Origin: Mobula hypostoma
Lineage: Eukaryota
DNA length: 64,000 bases
Assembly: GCF_963921235.1 (NCBI RefSeq)
Contig: NC_086097.1
Span: 249,428,001 to 249,492,000, forward strand
Direction of reading: 5' to 3'
Under the pieces are notes generated by a model. The model was not told the DNA's origin, searched no databases, and worked only from the letters and a program-made list of their open reading frames with translations. A program made the translations under genes and the position numbers. Positions within the stretch are counted from its first letter, which is position 1, and each line of letters begins with the position of its first letter. Of the stretch, positions 1 through 11,352 are shown piece by piece.

Positions 1-290
1 CTCTGGTCCTAGATTCTCCCACTATAGCAAACATTCTCGCTACGTCCACTCAAGAACTAAGCTACAGGAAATATTGATCCTGTTCCACTTTCCAAAGACG
101 CTACGTGTCCAGTATTTTATGGTTTTGACAGTTCAGATTCCAAGCATCTGCTTTTTTTTTAAAATATTTGAGAATCAGAATCTGGTTTATGATCACTGAC
201 ATATGTCAGTGAAATTTGTTTTGAAACAGCAATACATAAAAAAATAACTACAAATTATATTAAAAATGCAAACACTTTGGCCACTTTATG

Positions 291-2766
291 AGGAGGCAGA
301 TTTTGGAAGGGTGCAAAAATAACATGGGTTGTTATCATGGGTGACTTTAACTTCCCTAATATTGATTGGCACCTGATTAGTTCCAAGGGTTTAGATGGGG
401 CAGAGTTTGTTAAGTGCGTCCAGGACAGATTCCTGTCACAGTATGTGGACAGGCCAACCAGGGGAAATGCCATCCAGTACTAGGTAATGAACCGGGTCAG
501 GTTACAGATCTCTCAGTGGGCGAGCATCTGGGGGACAGTGACCACTGCTCCCTGGCCTTTATAATTATCATGGAAAAGGATAGAATCAAAGAGGACAGGA
601 AAATTTTTAATTGGGGAAAGGCAAATTATGAGGCTATAAGGCTAGAACTTGCGGGTGTGAATTGGGATGATGTTTTTGCAGGGAAATGTACTATGGACAT
701 GTGGTCGATGTTTAGAGATCTCTTGTGGGATGTAAGGGATAAATCTGTCCCGGTGAGGAAGATAAAGAATGGTAGGGTGAAGGAACCATGGGTGACAAGT
801 GAGGTGGAAAATCTAGTCAGGTGGAAGAAGGCAGCATACATGAGGTTTAGGAAGCAAGGATCAGATGGGTCTATTGAGGAATATAGGGAAGCAAGAAAGG
901 AGCTTAAGAAGGGGGCAGGAGAAGGCCTTGGCGAGTAGGGTAAAGGAAAACCCCAAGGCATTCTTCAATTATGTGAAGAAAAAAAGGATGACAGGAGTGA
1001 AGGTAGGACCGATTAAAGATAAAGGTGGGAAGATGTGCCTGGAGGCTGTGGAAGTGAACGAGGTCCTCAATGAATACTTCTCTTGGTATTCACCAATGGG
1101 AGGGAACTTGATGATGGTGAGGACAATATGAGTGAGGTTGATGTTCTGGAGCATGTTGATATTAGGGGAGAGGAGGTGTTGGAGTTGTTAAAATACATTA
1201 GGACAGACAAGTCCCCGGGGCCTGACGGAATATTCCCCAGGCTGCTCCACGAGGCGAGAGAAGAGATTGCTGAGCCTCTGGCTAGAATCTTTATGTCCTC
1301 GTTGTCTACGGGAATGGTACCAGAGGATGAGGGAGGCGAATGTTGTTCCCTTGTTCAAAAAAGGTAGTAGGGATAGTCTGGGTAATTATAGACCAGTGAG
1401 CCTTACGTCTGTGGTGGGAAAGTTGTTGGAAAAGATTCTTAGAGATAGGATCTATAGGCATTTAGAGAATCATGGTCTGATCAGGGACAGTCAGCATGGC
1501 TTTGTGAAGGGCAGATTGTGTCTAACAAGCCTGATAGAGTTCTTTGAGGAGGTGACCAGGCATATAGATGAGGGTAGTGCAGTGGATGTGATCTATATGG
1601 ATTATAGTAAGGCATTAGACAAGGATCCACACGGTATTCAGAAAGTTATTCAGAAACTTATTCAGAAAGTTAGAAGGCATGGGAACCAGGGAAGTTTGGC
1701 GAGGTGGATTCTGAATTGGCTTGCCTGCAGAAGGCAGAGGGTGGTGGTGGAGGGAGTACATTCAGATTGGAGGATTGTGACTAGTGGTGTCCCACAAGGA
1801 TCTGTTCTGGGATCTCTACTTTTTGTGATTTTTATTAACGACCTGGATGTGGGGGTAGAAGGGTGGGTTGGCAAGTTTGCAGACGACACAAAGGTTGATG
1901 GTGTTGTAGATAGTGTGGTGGATTGTCAAAGATTGCAGAGAGACATTGATAGGATGCAGGAGTGGGCTGAGAAGTGGCAGATAGAGTTCAACCCGGAGAA
2001 GTGTGAGGTGGTACACTTTGGAAGGACAAACTCAAAGGCAGAGTACAAAGTAAATGGCAGGATACTTGGTAGTGTGGAGGAGCAAAGGGATCTCGGGGTA
2101 GATGTCCATAGATACCTGAAAGTTGCCTCACAGGTGGATAGGGTAGTTAAGAAAGCTTATGGGGTGTTAGCTTTCGTAAGTCGAGGGATAGAGTTTAAGA
2201 GTCGCGATGTAATGATGCAGCTCTAAAACTCTGGTTAGGCCACACTTGGAGTACTGTGTCCAGTTCTGGTCACCTCACTATAGGAAGGATGTGGAAGCAT
2301 TGGAAAGGGTACAGAGGAGATTTACCAGGATGCTGCCTGGTTTAGAAAGTATGCATTATGATCAGAGATTAAGGGAGCTAGGGCTTTACTCTTTGGAGAG
2401 AAGGAGGATGAGAGGAGACATGATAGAGGTGTACAAGATAATAAGAGGAATAGATAGAGTGGATAGCCAGCACCTCTTCCCCAGGGCACCACTGCTCAAT
2501 ACAAGAGGACATGGCTTTAAGGTAAGGGGTGGGAAGTTCAAGGGGGATATCAGAGGAAAGTTTTTTACTCAGAGAGTGGTTGGTGTGTGGAATGCACTGC
2601 CTGAGTCAGTGGTGGAGGCAGATACACTAGTGAAGTTTAAGAGACTACTAGACAGGTATATGGAGGAATCTAAGATGGGAGCTTATATGGGAGGCAGGGT
2701 TTGAGGGTTGGCACAACATTGTGGGCCGAAGGGCCTGTATTGTGCTGTACTATTCTATGTTCTATG
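291..2766 (+). mobile_element. CR1 LINE, 5'-truncated (partial endonuclease plus RT, frameshifted)
   Basis: MGDFN, KSPGPDGI, YRPVSLTS, SGVPQGSVLG and KFADD motifs; TTCTATG tail. Near-identical to 40521-43022. Confidence 0.95.
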
Positions 2767-2964
2767 AGTACTATCATGTAGCAGCAACTCAATGCATAAA
2801 AGCATGCAGACATGGTCATGAGATTCAGTTGTTGTTTAGACCAAACATCAGAAAGGGGAAGAAATGTGACCTAAGTGACATTGACCATGGAACAACTGTT
2901 GGTACCAGACGGGGTGGTTTGAGTATCTCAGAAACTGCTGATCTCCACACAACCATCTTTAGGG

Positions 2965-3047
2965 CAGGGGTTCCCAACCAAAAGACCATACACCCCTTGC
3001 TTAATGCTATTGGTCCATGGAATCGAAAAAAAAGTTGGGAACGCCTG
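2965..3047. mobile_element. hAT (Charlie-like) MITE
   Basis: TIRs CAGGGGTTCCCAAC...GTTGGGAACGCCTG; degenerate 8-bp TSD CTTTAGGG/CTCTGGAG. Confidence 0.8.
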
Positions 3048-4579
3048 CTCTGGAGTTTACAAAGAATGCTATGTAAAATAAGCAATACATCCAGTTCAGT
3101 GGGCAAAAATACCTCGTTAATGAGAGAGGGCAGAGGAGAATGCTCAGACTGGTTCAAGATGATAGGAACTCAAACAACCAGTGTTACAACAGTGGTGTGC
3201 AGAAAAGCATCTCTGAATGCACAACACATCAAACCTTGAAATGGATGTGCTACGGCAGCAGAAGACCATGAACAAACACTCAGTGTCTACTTTATTAGGT
3301 ACAGGTGGCATCTAATAAGAGTGGCTACTGAGAGTATATTTAAATATAAGACAAGAGGTTCAGGCAGAGAACCTTCATCATAAATAAGGCAAGTTATTGA
3401 GGTAGTGTTCATAAACACAAGAGATTCTACAGACTCTGGAACCAGTAGGGAGTGCCTGTGGACTCATAGACCGTTCAGAAATCTGATGGAGGGGAAAGAA
3501 GACGTAAAATGCTTCTAAGACAAATGCTTATGGAATGCATGTTGAGGACTTCAGATGTGAGGTGTGGGTGGACACAACCAGTAACACGAGAAACTTAAAG
3601 CAATACCTGCCCAGGAAAATCCTCTTTCAGCTTCCCACACAGGATAGAATGGTTAAAGAATGATGAGTCGACTTCAGACTTGCATCAGTGTTCAGACAGC
3701 CTCAGTGCAACGGCAAACGTGCACAGTACTGCTTGATACCATTGTGTTCATGAACTCAGACAAATGCAAATGCTGGATCTAGCGATGGCATGCCCCAACC
3801 AGCTCGCCTTGTTCGGATATCCGGGCATCCCGTGAATGGTGAATCAATACTGAGTGGTTGTCATCATTCCGCAGATTTTGTCCTGAATAGAGTTAGTTTT
3901 GTCCTCATTCTTACTGTATGAAATAGTTACCCTTCCCCCCCAACAAAATACATTAAGATCTCTGCTTGTGTATGGATTTCATCATCCAATAAGTTAACAA
4001 CAAATCAAACATTTTCTTTCAATTGCCAATACGTGTGGTATGCCCACCTACTGCTCATTTACAAACTGTAGAAATAACTTATCTACCCTATTGATTTTAT
4101 TAAAATACACATCATATACAGAGCTACAAGAACAAAAATATATTGGGTTATGTTGAAAACCTGAAATGGTGGAAATGCTGAGGAAAACTGTCATCTTTTA
4201 ACATTGATGGCTGTTCACTAGAAAACATAGAACCAGAAGGCATAGAACATTACAGTGCCCACAATATTGTACTGACCTTTTAACCTACTCCAAGATCAAC
4301 CTATCCCCCCTCCCATTCCAGTTTTCTGTCACCGATGTGCCTATCTAAGAATTCCTTAAATGTCCCCAATGTATTTGCATCTACTACCAACACCACATAC
4401 AGTTCAGATGACCCTCACCAGTCAACACATAAAGAGTCAACAAAATAGCAGGAAGGAAGGCTTTGATCTTCCTAAAAGTTGGAGATTTTGGCTCCTACTG
4501 GTCTAGATGCCAGATAACATAAGAGCCAATACCTGAAAGCTGTTGATTCAGAACATCCTGTAGTGAAGAGGTGTGGATT

Positions 4580-6230
4580 TTTTTTCTCTCCCAAGCTCTC
4601 ATCCTCCGACAATTCACACAACCCCTCTCCCAATGTTTGCTCCCGATGATTTCCCCTATATCACAGCCCATCTATCACTGTTCCCTGACCCTCTCTCCCA
4701 TCTTCCCATCTCTCTCTCACCCTGCACCCCCGCCGACTCTCTCTCCCCCACACCCACTCTCACCCTTGCCCCTTCCAGTCACCCCACCTCCTCTTTCCAT
4801 GTGTCACTCCCTCTCCCCCACTACCTGTTCTGTTGTTCTCCTCTATCATCCCCCTCCCATCTCTCCACCTCCTTGTCTTCCCTTTTCCTCACCTACCTCA
4901 TCTCTCCTCTGTCCATCTCCGTCTTCCACTTTCACCCTCCCTCCCCATCTCCAACAATTCCCTTTCTCTTTCCCGTCCTGTCTGCCATTTCCCCGCCACC
5001 TTTCTTCCCCTCCCCCACCGTTCTCACCCCTCCCCACTTCCCATTCCCTCACCCAGACTCGCTTCCCCCTCATCCCTCGCCTCTCCACCTCCCACCCCTC
5101 AACCAGTCTCTCTCACTCCCCACCCTCATCCCTCTCCCCCCAACCTCCCACCCCCTCACCCAGTCTCTCACTCCTCCCCACCCCCATCCCTCTCCCCTCC
5201 CCACCTCCCACCCCCTCACCCAGTCTCTCGCACTCTCTCCTCACCCTTCTCACCCTTCCCATCCCTCTCCCCTCCCCACCCCCCACACCCTCACCCAGTC
5301 TCACTCCTCCCCACCCCTCACCCAGTCTCTCTCACTCTCTCCCACCATCTCACTCCTCCCCACCCCCATTCCTCTCCCCTCCCCACCTCCCACCCCACCC
5401 AGTCTCGCTTCCCCCCACCCAGTCTCTCTCCTCCCCATCCTTCTCCTCTCCCCACCTCCCACCCCTCACCCAGACTCTCCCCTCCCCACCCCCCACCCAG
5501 TCTCTCTCACTCTCTCCCACCATCTCACTCCTCCCCACCCACCCCCTCACCCAGTCTCGCTTCCCCCTCACCCAGTCTCTCTCCTCCCCATCCCTCTCCC
5601 CACCCCTCACCCAGTCTCTCTCACTCTCTCCCATCTCACTCCTCCCCATCCCTCTCCCCTCACCACCTCCCACCCCCTCACCCAGTCTCTCCCCTCCCCA
5701 TCCCCCACCCAGTCTCTCTCCTCCCCATCCCTCTCCCCTCCCCACCTCCCACCCCTCACCCAGACTCTCCCCTCTCCCCACCCACCCCTCACCCAGACTC
5801 TCCCCTCTCCCCACCCACCCCTCACCCAGACTCTCCCCTCTCCCCACCCACCCCTCACCCAGACTCTCCCCTCTCCCCACCCACCCCTCACCCAGACTCT
5901 CCCCTCTCCCCACCCACCCCTCACCCAGACTCTCCCCTCTCCGCACCCAGTCTCTCTCCTCCCCATCCCTCTCCCCTCCCCACCTCCCACCCAGACTCTC
6001 TCCCCTCCCCCGCCCACTCCCATTTGTCTCCCCTCCCCCAGACCCAACCGTCTCTACCCCGACCAGGTCTCTGCAACAAACCCGTCTCTCTCCTTCCACA
6101 CTCCCCCTACCCCTCACCCCTATTTCTTCCTCCACGGTCTCTCCCTCTCCCCCTCCCCCCAATCTCTCCCCCTACCCCGGTCTCTCCCTATACACCCCCC
6201 CATCTCAGTGATCCCGATCCTTTCCCCACC
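4580..6230. repeat. C/T-rich low-complexity tract (G-rich on the minus strand)
   Basis: Almost devoid of G on the plus strand; built from degenerate CCCCTCACCCAGTCTCTC-type units. Confidence 0.95.
5748..5945. repeat. 33-bp minisatellite, ~6 copies
   Basis: Unit CAGACTCTCCCCTCTCCCCACCCACCCCTCACC starts at 5761, 5794, 5827, 5860, 5893 and 5926. Confidence 0.92.
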
Positions 6231-6620
6231 CCATGTCTGACCGAGGAGGCCGCACCCCGGCTCGAGCAGACGCCTCTACCTGAGGGCGCGGCGCGGCCCA
6301 GCGCCCGGGATCCGGCAGCCGACCCTCTCCCCTCCGGCTCCAGCCCAAACTTCAGCTCCGCACCGAGCGTCGCGACGGAAACGCGCATGCCCGGTCGTGG
6401 CGTCAACACGTCCCCGCGGCAGACGAAGCGTCACCTCGCAACAGACGCGCGGAAGGTCACGTGTCTAGAAGACCGGCGGAGAGGCTCCCGCTCTGCGCAC
6501 GCGCACTAGTCCTCGCTCGACTTCGGCGAGTTTTCCGCAACCCGAGTCCCGAACCCATAAAGATTCGTAATTCAGGAAATTCGGGAGACGTTCAGCGACA
6601 TCTGCAGAATGTCACGTTCT
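6230..6620 (-). promoter_or_regulatory. CpG island promoter and probable first exon of an unidentified leftward gene
   Basis: The only strongly CpG-dense unique segment. NRF1 consensus TGCGCACGCGCA at 6494-6505 and a variant at 6382-6393; E-box GTCACGTG at 6456-6463; ETS-like CGGAAG at 6450-6455. Candidate minus-strand donors CAG|GTAGAG (exon end 6280) and TCG|GTCAGA (exon end 6242). Confidence 0.75.
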
Positions 6621-6691
6621 GTCGAGATAAAAGCCGATCGGCCCATCTAGACAGATCTAGTCTTATACCAAACACGAGAAAACCTGCTGGT

Positions 6692-8321
6692 AACAAACAA
6701 CAGGAATTCTGCAGATGCTGGAAATTCAAGCAACACACATCAAAGTTGCTGGTGAACGCAGCAGGCCAGGCAGCATCTATAGGAAGAGGTACAGTCGACG
6801 TTTCAGGCTGAGACCCTTCGTCAGGACTAACTGAAGGAAGAGTGAGTAAGGGATTTGAAAGCTGGAGGGGGAGGGGGAGATGCAAAATGATAGGAGAAGA
6901 CAGGAGGGGGAGGGATAGAGCCAAGAGCTGGACAGGTGATAGGTAAAAGGGGATACGAGAGGATCATGGGACAGGAGGCCTAGGGAGAAAGACGGGGGGG
7001 GGGGTGACCCAGAGGATGGGCAAGAGGTATATTCAGAGGGACAGAGGGAGAAAAAGGAGAGTGAGAGAAAGAATGTGTGCATAAAAATGAGTAACAGCTG
7101 GGGTACGAGGGGGAGGTGGGGCCTAGCGGAAGTTAGAGAAGTCAATGTTCATGCCATCAGGTTGGAGGCTACCCAGACGGAATATAAGGTGTTGTTCCTC
7201 CAACCTGAGTGTGGCTTCATCCTTATAGTAGAGGAGGCCGTGGATAGACATGTCAGAATGGGAATGGGATGTGGAATTAAAATGTGTGGCCACTGGGAGA
7301 TCCTGCTTTCTCTGGCGGACAGAGCGTAGATGTTCAGCAAAGCGGTCTCCCAGTCTGCGTCGGGTCTCACCAATATATAAAAGGCCACATCGGGAGCACC
7401 GGACGCAGTATATCACCCCAGCCGGCTCACAGGTGAAGTGTTGCCTCACCTGGAAGGACTGTTTGGGGCCCTGAATGGTGGTAAGGGAGGAAGTGTAAGG
7501 GCATGTGTAGCACTTGTTCCGCTTACACGGATAAGTACCAGGAGGGAGATCAGTGGGGAGGGATGGGGGGGATGAATAGACAAGGGAGTTGTGTAGGGAG
7601 CGATCCCTGTGGAATGCAGGGGGCGGGAGGGAAAGATGTGCTTAGTGGTGGGATCCCGTTGGAGGTGGCGGAAGTTACGGTGAATAATATGTTCGACCTG
7701 GAGGCTGGTGGGGTGGTAGGTGAGGACCAGGGGAACCCTATTCCTAGTGAGATGGCGGGAGGATGGAGTGAGAGCAGATGTACGTAAAATGGGGGAGATG
7801 CGTTTAAGAGCAGAGTTGATAGTGGAGGAAGGGAAGCCCCTTTCTTTAAAAAAGGAAGACATCTCCCTCGTCCGAGAATGAAAAGCCTCATCCTGAAAGC
7901 AGATGCGGCGGAGACGGAGGAATTGCGAGAAGGGGATGGGGTTTTTGCAAGAGACAGGGTGAGAAGAGGAATAGTCCAGATAGCTGTGAGAGTCAGTAGG
8001 CTTATAGTAGATGTCAGTGGATAAGCTGTCTCCAGAGACAGAGACAGAAAGATATAGAAAGGGGAGGGAGGTGTCGGAAATGGACCAGGTAAACTTGAGG
8101 GCAGGGTGAAAGTTGGAGGCAAAGTTAATAAAGTCAACGAGTTCTGCATGCGTGCCGGAAGCAGCGCCAGCATCGATGTAGCGAAGGAAAAGTGGGGGAC
8201 AGATACCAGAATAGGCACGGAACATAGATTCTTCTACAAACCCAACAAAAAGGCAGGCATAGCTAGGACCCATACAGGTGCCCATAGCTACACCTTTAGT
8301 TTGGAGGAAGTGGGAGGAGCC
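6692..8321 (-). mobile_element. Penelope-like element, 5'-truncated (RT C-half, GIY-YIG endonuclease, terminal repeat)
   Basis: GVAMGTCMGPSYACLF...LRYID RT motifs with the DD disrupted; VIYCVRCSRCGLLYIGETRRRLGDRFAEH GIY-YIG with a Cys-rich linker. 12-bp TSD AAACCTGC(T/A)GGT at 6680-6691 and 8322-8333. Confidence 0.93.
6793..6828 (-). ncRNA. Minimal type I hammerhead ribozyme motif (PLE terminal repeat), intact core
   Basis: Minus strand AGTC-CTGACGA-AGG gtctcag CCT-GAAA-C-G-TC-GACT. Stem I AGUC/GACU, conserved core, stem II AGG/CCU, palindromic ACGU stem III, GUC cleavage triplet. Confidence 0.85.
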
Positions 8322-8446
8322 AAACCTGCAGGTGCAGGAAATCCGAGCAACACACACAAAATGCTGGAGTTGCTCAGCAGGCCGGGCAGCATCTGTGGAA
8401 AGGAGTGAACAGTCGACGTTTCAGGCCGAGACCCTTCAGCAGGACA
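8322..8446 (-). mobile_element. Older solo PLE terminal repeat (host of the 6692-8321 insertion) with a mutated hammerhead core
   Basis: Continues the fragment at 6670-6691. Core reads CTGCTGA within 8411-8446. Confidence 0.8.
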
Positions 8447-8957
8447 ATGCAGAATAGTTTTACAGCTACAGTGCAGGCAAATAAGGTGCAAAATTATAAC
8501 GGGGTGAATGGCCAGGTTAGGAACCCATGTTATTGTACGGGAACGACTGAATGGTCCATAGAGTGGAGGCTGGTTTCTGTGATGTGCTGAGCTGCAGCTG
8601 GAATTGATCCAAGAGACTGATGCTATTGTACTGTCTGGAAAAGTATCATGAGCTCCAACACATCAATATAGTTGTCCAAGTTCAAAAGACTGACAGACAA
8701 CCAAGGTGCAAAACAAGACAAACTGCAAACACAAAAATGAATCTGTTGTACATGGTGACATACGTGTACATTGATAGTAAATTTATTATGAACTTTGAAA
8801 AACAAAACTAAATAATCACATAAATAGACAAAAGAACACTATTGAGAACATGAGTTGCAGAGTCTTTGAAAGTGAGTTGATAGGTTGTGGAATCGGTTGT
8901 GTTGAGGTGAGTGAAGTTAACCACGCCTCAGCAGTTCATGGTTGAAAGTGAATAGCA

Positions 8958-9216
8958 AGCGCCACTTAGAGTAGCAGTTAGCGTGACGCCATTCCAGCTC
9001 AGGGCACCGGAGTTTGTTCAATTCAGATTGCGTCTGTAGGGAATTTGTATCTTCTCCCCATTACCTCATGGGTTTCCTCCGGGTGGCTCTGGTTTCCTGC
9101 CAGAATCCAAAGATGTACCTGTTAGTAGGTTAATCAGTCATTGTAAAATTGTGTTACTAGGCTAGCATTAAATTGGTGGGTTGCTGGGTCGGAAGGGCCT
9201 GTTCCAGGCTGTTACA
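8958..9216 (+). mobile_element. tRNA-derived V-SINE (HE1-like)
   Basis: Degenerate A/B boxes, V-domain GGGTTTCCTCCGGGTGGCTCTGGTTTCCTGCC, and CR1-like tail GAAGGGCCTGTT. Confidence 0.75.
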
Positions 9217-9501
9217 CTAAACAGAACCTGGTGGCGTGTGACCTAAAGCTCCATTACGAAGCAAAGTTTGGACTGGGGTGCAGGAGCTGCAGGACAGTGA
9301 ATAGGATGTGAGGGAGGCTGGAAAGATGGCAGAAACACAAGACAGGTAACAACTAGGGCTAAATAACTGAGGCTGCCGTTCGATGGGAGGCAATAAGCGG
9401 CATCTCATGGGTCCTTTGGAGGATGCTAACTGAAGCTCGGAAAATGTCAAGAAGGGTACACAGGAAATCTGTAGGATGATCTGAAAGGTCAGGTATAAGA
9501 T

Positions 9502-9700
9502 AGCGGCACCGGGAACTTGGGTTCAATTCCCGCTGCTCTCTGTGCAGAGTTTGTATGTTCTCCCTGTGGCCACATGGGTTTCCCTCCAGGTGCTCTGGTT
9601 TCCTCCCACATTCCAAAAACATAAGAGTTACTAGGTTAATTGGTTACATGGGTGTTATTGGCACTGGAGGCTCGTTGGGCCTGTTACCATGCTAAATTAG
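9502..9700 (+). mobile_element. tRNA-derived V-SINE (HE1-like)
   Basis: B box GGGTTCAATTCCC and V-domain GGGTTTCCCTCCAGGTGCTCTGGTTTCCTCCCACATTCCAAA. Confidence 0.75.
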
Positions 9701-10784
9701 ACAAAAATAGAAGTAAAGTTGAATGCTAAAAATTGATGTTTTTAGCTTCCAACAGAAAGGTAAGTGAAACTGAAGAGTTGCAGACAGACAGTCAAGTGTT
9801 ACAGGGAATCACTAAGTCACAGAGCTGTGGTTAAATACTACTGTCTGAAAATACATGGAACAAAGAGGAACTTAGAAAGAAAACTAAATTAGAGACTATT
9901 AAAGTGCAGTCAAGGTAATGTAAATCGCAATATAAACAATGGGGTGTTATGAACAGTTCATAGGACCTGAAATCAACTGCTCTACGGGTGGTCACAAAAG
10001 ACTACAGAGGGTGGTGGATACAGCTCAGCACATCACAGGAACCAGCCTCCACTCAAGGACAGTTTCTGTCCCAGTTATCAGACGTTTAATTGGACCTCTT
10101 GTACAATTGATTTCACAACCTACCTCATTATGATCTTGCACTTTATCATCGACCTGCACAGCACTTTTTTTTCCTGTAACTGTTAGACTTTATCCTGCAT
10201 TGTTAGTGTCTTACCTTATTCTAGCTCAAAGCACAGTGTAATGATTTGATCCGTATGAAGTGTGCAAGACAAGCTTTGCACTGTATCTTGGTACATGTGA
10301 ATAATAAACCAAAAGCAACACTAATACATTAACTACCCCATGGACAGTCCCAGCCCGGCTGTGAAAGGAGGAAGGTTGAGCAAGGGACTGGAAACCCCAC
10401 CCTGTAAAAACCCAGTGCTGCAGAAACGGAAATAGAAAATCCAAAGTCTTCACACCTGGGACAGGAAGGGGCTTTGCCAAGATGACACGAAGTTGTGTGA
10501 TGACAGCAGGAGCCAACAGGGCCAATCAACCTTCTACAGGCCCAGGTCAGAGGACTGGTGAGCAGCTTGTCGGCACCCTATGCCCCAAGAGGGGGCAATG
10601 GGCTTGAGAAGAATAACAATACATTCCCATAGGCACATCCAACTGAAAGCCTCATTTAAAATCAACCAGACCCAGACACTGTTTAATGCTGTAGTTTCAT
10701 CCTCACACAATATTACGAGCTCCAGCTTAATACGAGGGCCATAATTTTCAATACCGCATTATTCACGCTTTTGAGAATATAAAT

Positions 10785-11125
10785 GCAAGAGGTTCTGCAG
10801 ATGCTGGAAATCCAGAGCAACACACAGAAAATGCTGGAGGTACTCTGCAGGTCAGGCAGCATCTATGGAGATGTTTTGGGCCAAGACCCTTCATCAAGTC
10901 TGGAGAGGAAAGGGGGAAGAAGGTGGGGGGGAGGGAAAGGATTATAAGCTGGTCGATGAGACCAGGTGAGGGGGAAGATGGGGATGAGGGAAGGAGGATG
11001 AAGTGAGAAGTGAGATGGAAGAAGTAAAGGGCTGAAAGTGGATCCTAACAGGAGATGAGAGTGGACCATGGAGAAAGGGAAAGATGATAGGTCCTTGGGA
11101 GAAAGGGAAGGAGGAGGGGAGAATG
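10785..11125 (-). mobile_element. Degenerate PLE terminal repeat
   Basis: TTCTGCAGATGCTGGAAATCCAGAGCAACAC... homologous to 6706-7100; hammerhead decayed. Confidence 0.8.
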
Positions 11126-11304
11126 TAAGCACTTAATTGAGACAACCAATGTTAGGAGTCCTACACAAAATAATGTCAACATCAGCAATAAAGTACGTGT
11201 GGAAATGCAAACTCCAGGAAAGTTTCATCATATCTGTAACAGTAATGTAACAATCAGCTATGGTTAGAGAAGTTACAGGAGTATTCTGAATAACTATTAA
11301 GAAT

Positions 11305-11352
11305 CCACATCAAAACAAAAATCATTTCAATTATTTAAAATACCTCTTTATT
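11305..11352 (-). terminator. Cleavage/polyadenylation site
   Basis: Minus-strand AATAAA at 11347-11352, followed ~25 nt downstream by the U/GU-rich element ATTTTTGTTTTGATGTGG. TGTA motifs lie upstream. Confidence 0.6.

Larger units (their letters stand above)
273..3334 (+). mobile_element. Non-autonomous Tc1-like element disrupted by the CR1 above and by a hAT MITE
   Basis: Left TIR remnant at 273-289. Body 2767-3334 with a KKCDLSDIDHGTTVGTRRGGLSISETADL remnant. Homologous to the intact copy at 18254-18778. Confidence 0.8.

Noticed and set aside
4571..6509. Three overlapping ~550-aa Pro/Ser/Leu/His-rich ORFs and Gly/Glu/Arg-rich antisense ORFs
   Set aside because: All plus frames are open only because the C/T-rich tract cannot form stop codons. 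This is a low-complexity artefact, not extensin- or mucin-like genes.
8958..9700. tRNA genes
   Set aside because: The A/B-box-like motifs are SINE heads followed by V-domains and do not form a cloverleaf.
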